Below, piece after piece: positions 50,528 to 56,171 of a DNA stretch of 56,171 nt (positions within the stretch are counted from its first letter, which is position 1; each line of letters starts with the position of its first letter). The position numbers and the translations under genes were made by a program. The DNA lies in IMG/VR virus record IMGVR_UViG_3300033143_006337, positions 1-56,171 of that record; one strand, 5' to 3'. The DNA comes from a virus (Duplodnaviria > Caudoviricetes). Below the pieces are notes generated by a model that made no database searches, had not been told where the DNA came from, and saw only the letters and a list, made by a program, of their open reading frames with translations.

Positions 50528-52183
50528 ATGTCTCTTTATGTTCAACCAATTAAATATGTAAAAAATCTCACTGGTGGGGATTTAGAGCATACTAATACTG
50601 GTACAACTTTTTCTGCAGGTGAGTATCAGGAAGTTGACGAACTGATTCTTTATCGTTTGAATGATTCTCAGTTTCAGACTTGGTGGGATGCTGGTAGCCT
50701 TATGTACGCAGAAGCTAATGATAGCTCAGCAGATTTTACGAACAAATATGAAGGTTGGCATAGACTTTTTAACTATTCTATGAATACTCCTTTCATATCT
50801 TCCACAAACAGAAGCAATAATTTTGACGCTGAGAGTATGCAGGAAGCTGCAGAAGAAATAGACTTTCGACAAATCATTAAAGAGCCCACTGGATTTCTGA
50901 ACAACACAGATTCAGAGATCTCTTTTAACGATGGTACGCTTACCTTTTCAATTGAGCCTGTTGGAGATAGTTTTAGCTTCTGGAATCGAGGGAAAAGGTT
51001 TGATAGAGATTCTGCAGATACAGTAGCCATAACAGATACAGAGGGAACTTGGTTTATTTACTACAATTCCTCTGGAGTTTTAACGGCAAGCCAAACCATA
51101 TGGGATTTTGAAACTGATGTTTTTGTTTCTGTTCTTTACTGGGACGCTACGAACAACAAAGCTATCTGGATGCTTGATGAGCGGCATGGTGTTGCTATGG
51201 ACTGGTCTACCCATCAATATTTGCATCGCACCAGGTTTACTCAGATTGATGATCCTTATGAAGATTTTCCTTTAGGTGATTATATTTCTCAGGGAGATGG
51301 TAGCCTGGATACTCATGCTCAGTTCTCATTGGGAAATGGAACTATCCATGATGAAGATTTAGCTCACGCTATTACAAACTCAGCTACGCCAACAAATCCT
51401 TTTGAGCAGAAGCTAAGTACAGTAGCTTACATTCCTCTTTACTATGTTTCAGGCGCAAGTGATGTTCGCAAGATTTCTGCTACTGCTTTTCCTGTTTCTT
51501 ATGATGGGGTAAACCCAATTGATTATAACTATTTCAATACATCCACTGAGCTTTTCTCTTTAGAAAATGCTGCTGATGGTGAGTATCTGAATATGTTTTA
51601 TTTTGCTACAAACAATATCGATGAGCCAATAGTAGGCATTCTCGGTAGAGTAGCAAGTACTAATGTAGCTTCTGTTCTTAACGAACAAGCAACCGATGTT
51701 CTTGAGCAGTTTCCATTTCAGGAGTATACACTTCTTTACCGAATTATTTACAAAACTGACTCAAACTATACGAACACTCCAAAGGCTGCTCTTTATCTAT
51801 TTAACGATCTTCGTTATCTTTCTGAAACCCAAGACAGATACCTCTGGGAATGTGGGTACAATGCAAACGCAGGTGTGAGAAGATATATGGAAAGGCTTGG
51901 GCTTGGAATGGATGAAGCTCCTTTTCCTATGCCTGAAGATGGGTACGTAAGAACCATAACTCTGCAGACTACAGCAATCAACACAGGAACAATCGGAGTT
52001 TTTCTGGATACAGATCTTGTAACCCCTGTTTTTTCTATTACTATGACTGCAAAATCCTATGAGCGTTTCGACGTTACGAGATTTTTTAACCAGGATGATA
52101 AACTTGTATTCAAAGTAACCTCTGGAACTTTCAGTAAACCTCAGTTAACGGTTATTAACCAAACCAACATAGATACGGATTAA
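50528..52183 (+). CDS. Multi-domain tail fibre/adhesin
   Basis: N-terminal VKN.TG module, TPF...MQEAAEEI linker, EPTGF and DERHG domain, C-terminal beta-sandwich. Confidence 0.65.
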   Translation: MSLYVQPIKYVKNLTGGDLEHTNTGTTFSAGEYQEVDELILYRLNDSQFQTWWDAGSLMYAEANDSSADFTNKYEGWHRLFNYSMNTPFISSTNRSNNFDAESMQEAAEEIDFRQIIKEPTGFLNNTDSEISFNDGTLTFSIEPVGDSFSFWNRGKRFDRDSADTVAITDTEGTWFIYYNSSGVLTASQTIWDFETDVFVSVLYWDATNNKAIWMLDERHGVAMDWSTHQYLHRTRFTQIDDPYEDFPLGDYISQGDGSLDTHAQFSLGNGTIHDEDLAHAITNSATPTNPFEQKLSTVAYIPLYYVSGASDVRKISATAFPVSYDGVNPIDYNYFNTSTELFSLENAADGEYLNMFYFATNNIDEPIVGILGRVASTNVASVLNEQATDVLEQFPFQEYTLLYRIIYKTDSNYTNTPKAALYLFNDLRYLSETQDRYLWECGYNANAGVRRYMERLGLGMDEAPFPMPEDGYVRTITLQTTAINTGTIGVFLDTDLVTPVFSITMTAKSYERFDVTRFFNQDDKLVFKVTSGTFSKPQLTVINQTNIDTD

Positions 52184-52185
52184 TT

Positions 52186-52944
52186 ATGTTTACAACTTGC
52201 TGGGTAAAAAACATTAAAGGTTCTGCAGTAACAGGGCTTGGTACTGGTAAAGATTTAACAACTGGTGAAACTTACCAGATTACAGATTCAGAGCGTTTGA
52301 AATGGTCTAAAAATTCAGCTGTTGATGATGCTATCAGTGATGATCATATTCAGATAGGTGATGGTACACAGTACTTTTCAGATCATGATGACTCCATAAA
52401 TCATTTGAAAATGATTGGTGAGCCTACAGATACAGATGGTTCTAAGCTGGCAAGAGTGAAAATTACAAAAACAGGCTGGGGTTTGCAGTGCCATGCTATT
52501 AATTTTGAGACAAGTAAACTTGCTTCTGTTCATGAGAAAAAAGCAGACGGTACAAACTATGCTTATTGCACAATGAAATTTTATGATGATGAAGATACTG
52601 AGCTGACTACTCAGGCAACAATAGACACAGATTGTGTAAGAACAGATATATTCATTGAGCCTACTCATGATTATGAAATGATAGGTGGTGAGTTCTGGCC
52701 AATTACACTATTCTCTGAAGACTGCTTTGTTCATTTTTTTCATGTTCTTACAGGACACGAGTTTTGTTCTGATTTTAATGCCAGAGCTGTCGGTGCAGGG
52801 CATTGCAAACGAATGGATGGGAGAGCCCCTAAGCTTATGCCTCATGATGATCCTGTTGATCACACAAACCAACTTTGCTTAAGACTAAGACATTCAGCTG
52901 GTTTCAAACATAAAACACAAATCATAATGGAGTTTTTCAAATAA
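52186..52944 (+). CDS. Tail-associated protein sharing N-terminal module with 50528
   Basis: WVKN..G......G.....GE.Y.I. Confidence 0.6.
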   Translation: MFTTCWVKNIKGSAVTGLGTGKDLTTGETYQITDSERLKWSKNSAVDDAISDDHIQIGDGTQYFSDHDDSINHLKMIGEPTDTDGSKLARVKITKTGWGLQCHAINFETSKLASVHEKKADGTNYAYCTMKFYDDEDTELTTQATIDTDCVRTDIFIEPTHDYEMIGGEFWPITLFSEDCFVHFFHVLTGHEFCSDFNARAVGAGHCKRMDGRAPKLMPHDDPVDHTNQLCLRLRHSAGFKHKTQIIMEFFK

Positions 52945-53453
52945 TGGAAATTATTTTAGCGCAGGGTAAGCAGCCTTTAGCAAGAGCAATACAGCAGGCA
53001 GTTGGTTATAAATATTCTCATGCTGCTTTGCGCTACACTCACTCTCAATGGATGATCCATAGCTCAATTGGTGGAGTTCAGCCTGAGTGGTGGTATCATT
53101 TCCAGAAACGATATGGGAACATCAGACGTTATAATTGTTTGTTTGATTGCGCAGATAAAGCTGCAGAGAATCTTGTGAAACAAATAGGCCACAAACAATA
53201 TGCCTATACAACTCTTATTGGTTCTGGTTTGGTTCTTGCTTTCGATACTCTTGGAATCCATATCAAAAACCCTTTCAAATCCAATAATGCTTTTTTCTGT
53301 ACAAAAGTTATTCTCCATTTTTTCAAAAAATGCAATGAGCTTGACTCTTCGTTGAAGCTCAAAGAATATATCAGTGAAGCCCTTACACCAAAAGATATAG
53401 GAGAATATCTCGATGAAAATCCTAACTTTGTGCTTATCAATCCTTCTGTTTAG
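52944..53453 (+). CDS. Permuted papain-like (YiiX/NlpC-P60) enzyme
   Basis: YSHAAL before Y.Y and FFCT, then LTP; His-before-Cys order. Confidence 0.75.
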   Translation: MEIILAQGKQPLARAIQQAVGYKYSHAALRYTHSQWMIHSSIGGVQPEWWYHFQKRYGNIRRYNCLFDCADKAAENLVKQIGHKQYAYTTLIGSGLVLAFDTLGIHIKNPFKSNNAFFCTKVILHFFKKCNELDSSLKLKEYISEALTPKDIGEYLDENPNFVLINPSV

Positions 53454-54297
53454 CTGCAACAATAAAGAAGCGATACCCCCAACTTTTACAGAGAATACAG
53501 AGGCACTAAAATTCAATTACGCAGTTGATCTTGAAAGAGCAAAGCAGCTTAGAGACAGCAACGGAATGCTTTCTCATGATTGCGACGGTATGATTTGGAA
53601 TGGTAAGTATGCAAGCTCTAAAGGTGTAAGCAAAGTAAAGATCGAAAAAATGGAAAGAGAGAATGGTAGGTACGGAAGACGTGTTGAGCCCTGCTGGACT
53701 GAGGAAGATGGAAACCTGGGAGCAGATACAACCTGGTCAAGAGATATGGCTATCTGTGGATTGTTTCCTTATGCATGGAAAAAAGAGAAATTAGATCTAC
53801 TGGTTAGGCACAAAGATTATGGTGTGGATAACCTGTGGAAAATGGGAGATCCATTAGACGATGGACGTACACTTTACACACCTGGGATTATCGGACTTTT
53901 ATACAGCATGATTTTTGCATTAGGAGGGGATGATAATAAGCTTCGCCATACCCCAGATGTTTATCCAAAAGGGTTAGATGATTATGAGGCTCATCTTCAG
54001 ATCTGTAAAATTTGGCTCAGAGGTGAGATCGACGAAAAGCTTGAGAGTAAGAGCCTTTTTAGCGTCTCTGCTAAAATGTATGCTCGAATTGAGGAGCATT
54101 TTGAGAGAGAACCAGCAAATCCTTTTTACAGCTTCTTATGGGCAAAATATGAAACAGGAGACTTTGCGCATGTCGTAGCATTACTTCTCGATTTATCGCG
54201 TCCTATGGGCTCGTATGTTCGCTGCGAAAATGAGGAAAGATGTTTTTTGGCTGAGAGAATTTTTGTAAGTTCCTTGGTACTCGAATATTTGGAATAG
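53413..54297 (+). CDS. Lipoprotein with helical, possibly enzymatic domain
   Basis: MKILTLCLSILLFS/C lipobox; GGAG RBS; WSRDM motif. Confidence 0.7.
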   Translation: MKILTLCLSILLFSCNNKEAIPPTFTENTEALKFNYAVDLERAKQLRDSNGMLSHDCDGMIWNGKYASSKGVSKVKIEKMERENGRYGRRVEPCWTEEDGNLGADTTWSRDMAICGLFPYAWKKEKLDLLVRHKDYGVDNLWKMGDPLDDGRTLYTPGIIGLLYSMIFALGGDDNKLRHTPDVYPKGLDDYEAHLQICKIWLRGEIDEKLESKSLFSVSAKMYARIEEHFEREPANPFYSFLWAKYETGDFAHVVALLLDLSRPMGSYVRCENEERCFLAERIFVSSLVLEYLE

Positions 54298-54301
54298 AAT
54301 C

Positions 54302-54601
54302 ATGGATATCCTAAAAGAATTTATAGCACAAGTACCTTTCTTTGCGCTTTTAATAATATTCTTTACTTTCTGGGTAAGAAATGTTAACGGTTCTATTAAA
54401 GAACTTAAGAAAACAAGTTCCGATAATCATGATGCTATTCTAAATTTAAAAAAAGATATGGAATTTCATCAGACTAATAGAAATGATCTCAAAATAGATC
54501 TTGCCCAATGTCTCAAGGATAATAAGGATCTTAATAACTGGTATGATAGAGTTAGAAAAATCGAGCTGAAAAATGGAATCTCTCCTAAAGAAAAATCTTG
54601 A
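54302..54601 (+). CDS. Holin-like / lysis membrane protein
   Basis: One N-terminal TM helix then coiled coil, upstream of endolysin. Confidence 0.5.
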   Translation: MDILKEFIAQVPFFALLIIFFTFWVRNVNGSIKELKKTSSDNHDAILNLKKDMEFHQTNRNDLKIDLAQCLKDNKDLNNWYDRVRKIELKNGISPKEKS

Positions 54602-54671
54602 AACTCCGATAGTAAAAGCATAGCTCATATCGAGTTCCCAAATAATTGAATTACAACTCCAAAGGTTTTAT

Positions 54672-55229
54672 GTGAATCCTCCTGAGAAAAAAAGTGAAGA
54701 TTTTCGGTATCGACCAACGGGGCATCGCTGGTCAGGAATTGTGGTTCATCATACAGGGCTTGGAGCAAATAAGCCTCAAGCCCAATCTCCTAAGTTTTGG
54801 AAAAAACTTTTTACTGCAGTTGTATCCTGGCTCACAAAAAAAGATACTGTTTATGTATCGTCTCATTTTGTCATTGGAAGAGAGGGGGAACTTGCAATGC
54901 TAGTCGATCCTGAAACGGGGATTGCTTGGCATGCTGGGCGATCTCGGTGGTGGAATCCTCTTACGAGAAAGATGCAAAAATCCTGCAACAATTATATGAT
55001 AGGAATTGAGCTTGTAGGAGATGGTAACAGCCTTAGCTTCTCGGATGAACAATACAAAGAGCTTGCCATTTTATCAAGAAGTTTGATGGATGCTTATAGC
55101 ATTTTGCCGATAGGAATTGTTGGGCATGAGATGGTTTCACCAGGCAGGAAAGTAGATCCTGGTAAGTTTTTTGATTGGAAAAGATTCTTCGAAGATCTTC
55201 ATTTTCATAAGGAGCGACGTTATGAGTAA
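54672..55229 (+). CDS. Endolysin, N-acetylmuramoyl-L-alanine amidase (Amidase_2/AmpD-like)
   Basis: IVVHHT, VSSHFVI, AWHAG, IGIE, GH...PGRK.DPG. Confidence 0.95.
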   Translation: MNPPEKKSEDFRYRPTGHRWSGIVVHHTGLGANKPQAQSPKFWKKLFTAVVSWLTKKDTVYVSSHFVIGREGELAMLVDPETGIAWHAGRSRWWNPLTRKMQKSCNNYMIGIELVGDGNSLSFSDEQYKELAILSRSLMDAYSILPIGIVGHEMVSPGRKVDPGKFFDWKRFFEDLHFHKERRYE

Positions 55230-55557
55230 ATTGTTATTTTGTTTAGCTTTATTTGTGTTTTTTGCAATGTTCCATGTGGAACAGTTGCTTGCAGGGGGGC
55301 AAGCACCAGATATCGCGGGATGGTTTGAAATCGTGAAAACCTGGCTGGACGTTTTAGCCCAGGCTACTTTTTCTCTTATGATTTTTGCAACAATCCTGGT
55401 TCGAGTTATCCCGAATAAAAAATACGCTGAGAACGTTTACAGCTGGTCTGCTAAGATCCAAAAATGGTTAGGTTGGCTTCCTACCATCGGAGTCAATCCA
55501 AACACCAAGAAGCTTAAGGCAGCTCTTGAGGAGCTGAAGAAAAATGAACCAAGTTAA
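55222..55557 (+). CDS. Putative holin / lysis membrane protein
   Basis: AAGGAG RBS; two hydrophobic segments; ATILVRVIP. Confidence 0.55.
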   Translation: MSKLLFCLALFVFFAMFHVEQLLAGGQAPDIAGWFEIVKTWLDVLAQATFSLMIFATILVRVIPNKKYAENVYSWSAKIQKWLGWLPTIGVNPNTKKLKAALEELKKNEPS

Positions 55558-55810
55558 GGATGCAATAAGCTGGGCAACGCTTGGAGCAAAGCTTCTCGGC
55601 TTTCTCCAGGCTATTATTCCTGCTTTCCTGGTAGCTTGGGTGGAAGTTCTCAGATCCCAAAAGAATCGCGGTGAAAATCTCTTGGATTATGAACGTTTAA
55701 AACGTAAAACAGAGAAGAAACGTTATAAACAAGAAGGAGAATTTCATGGTAAAACAGATAGCGATATCCTTAACGATGTTCTTTCTAACGATGACTCTTC
55801 AAGCGAGTGA
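55544..55810 (+). CDS. Inner-spanin-like membrane protein
   Basis: N-terminal TM then charged helix; overlaps next gene. Confidence 0.45.
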   Translation: MNQVKDAISWATLGAKLLGFLQAIIPAFLVAWVEVLRSQKNRGENLLDYERLKRKTEKKRYKQEGEFHGKTDSDILNDVLSNDDSSSE

Positions 55811-56075
55811 CTACAAACTTCTTACCTCGAAACACTGTATAGATAATAATCTTCATTGTCACTGTTTAACAGACAAAGCCTTAACGAAAGTTGCAAATGA
55901 AGTGAAAGCCTCAAAGTATTGTCGCTCAGAGCTTTCAGCTGCTAATAAGTGGATTGAAGACCACAAAGCAGATGATATTAAACTCCCCTGGTATAAGGAC
56001 GGTTATTTTATAGTTGGTGGTATGATGGTATCATTTAGCTTTGGTGGTTTGGCTTATTATCTTATTTCCAAGTAA
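55746..56075 (+). CDS. Exported, C-terminally anchored protein, spanin-like position
   Basis: Signal peptide ...TLQA/SD, four Cys, short coiled coil, PWYK then TM helix. Confidence 0.55.
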   Translation: MVKQIAISLTMFFLTMTLQASDYKLLTSKHCIDNNLHCHCLTDKALTKVANEVKASKYCRSELSAANKWIEDHKADDIKLPWYKDGYFIVGGMMVSFSFGGLAYYLISK

Positions 56076-56171
56076 ACTCTATACAGGGTTTTTTTGGAGT
56101 GGTTAGGGGAGCTTTGGGTTTGTTCACGCCTACCATAAAGCTCCTCTTTCACAATCTTATTTTTGGTTTTC
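56058..56171. repeat. Terminal direct repeat, right copy
   Basis: Identical to 1-114. Confidence 0.97.

Noticed and set aside
44574-52944. Diversity-generating retroelement or invertible fibre cassette
   Set aside because: No reverse transcriptase or recombinase in a complete genome, and no near-identical TR/VR pair or flanking inverted repeats seen by eye
1-56171. Stop-codon reassignment
   Set aside because: All core genes are intact in the standard code and TAA, TAG and TGA all terminate tightly packed genes

Overview
This window is a complete, circularly permuted genome of a tailed dsDNA phage with siphovirus gene order. Bases 1-114 are repeated exactly at 56058-56171, so the unit length is 56,057 bp. 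The left arm (about 600-15100, minus strand) holds replication genes (VRR-NUC nuclease, family A DNA polymerase, DEDDh exonuclease, SSB-like protein, SNF2 helicase) and about 35 small early ORFs. The right arm (plus strand) holds a primase-SF3 helicase, a probable origin, small regulatory ORFs, then terminases, a portal-MuF fusion, HK97-type protease and capsid, neck, tail tube, frameshifted tail chaperones, a 1682-aa tape measure, tail tip, a large fibre/adhesin cluster and a lysis cassette. I saw no integrase, CI-like repressor, tRNA, CRISPR array or reverse transcriptase. The most unusual signal is that at least six genes inside the virion operon, including the main tail fibre and three tandem four-cysteine paralogs between the tail terminator and tail tube, start with classical Sec-type signal peptides. 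This suggests part of the virion is exported and matured outside the cytoplasm. Other leads: two early proteins carrying the tape-measure C-terminal motif, an Acb2/Tad1-like protein between the terminase genes, an early gene split at an (AG)6 tract, a nested scaffold gene, and two families of promoter-overlapping palindromes alongside three ribbon-helix-helix-like proteins. All family calls are from motif recognition by eye; no searches were run.
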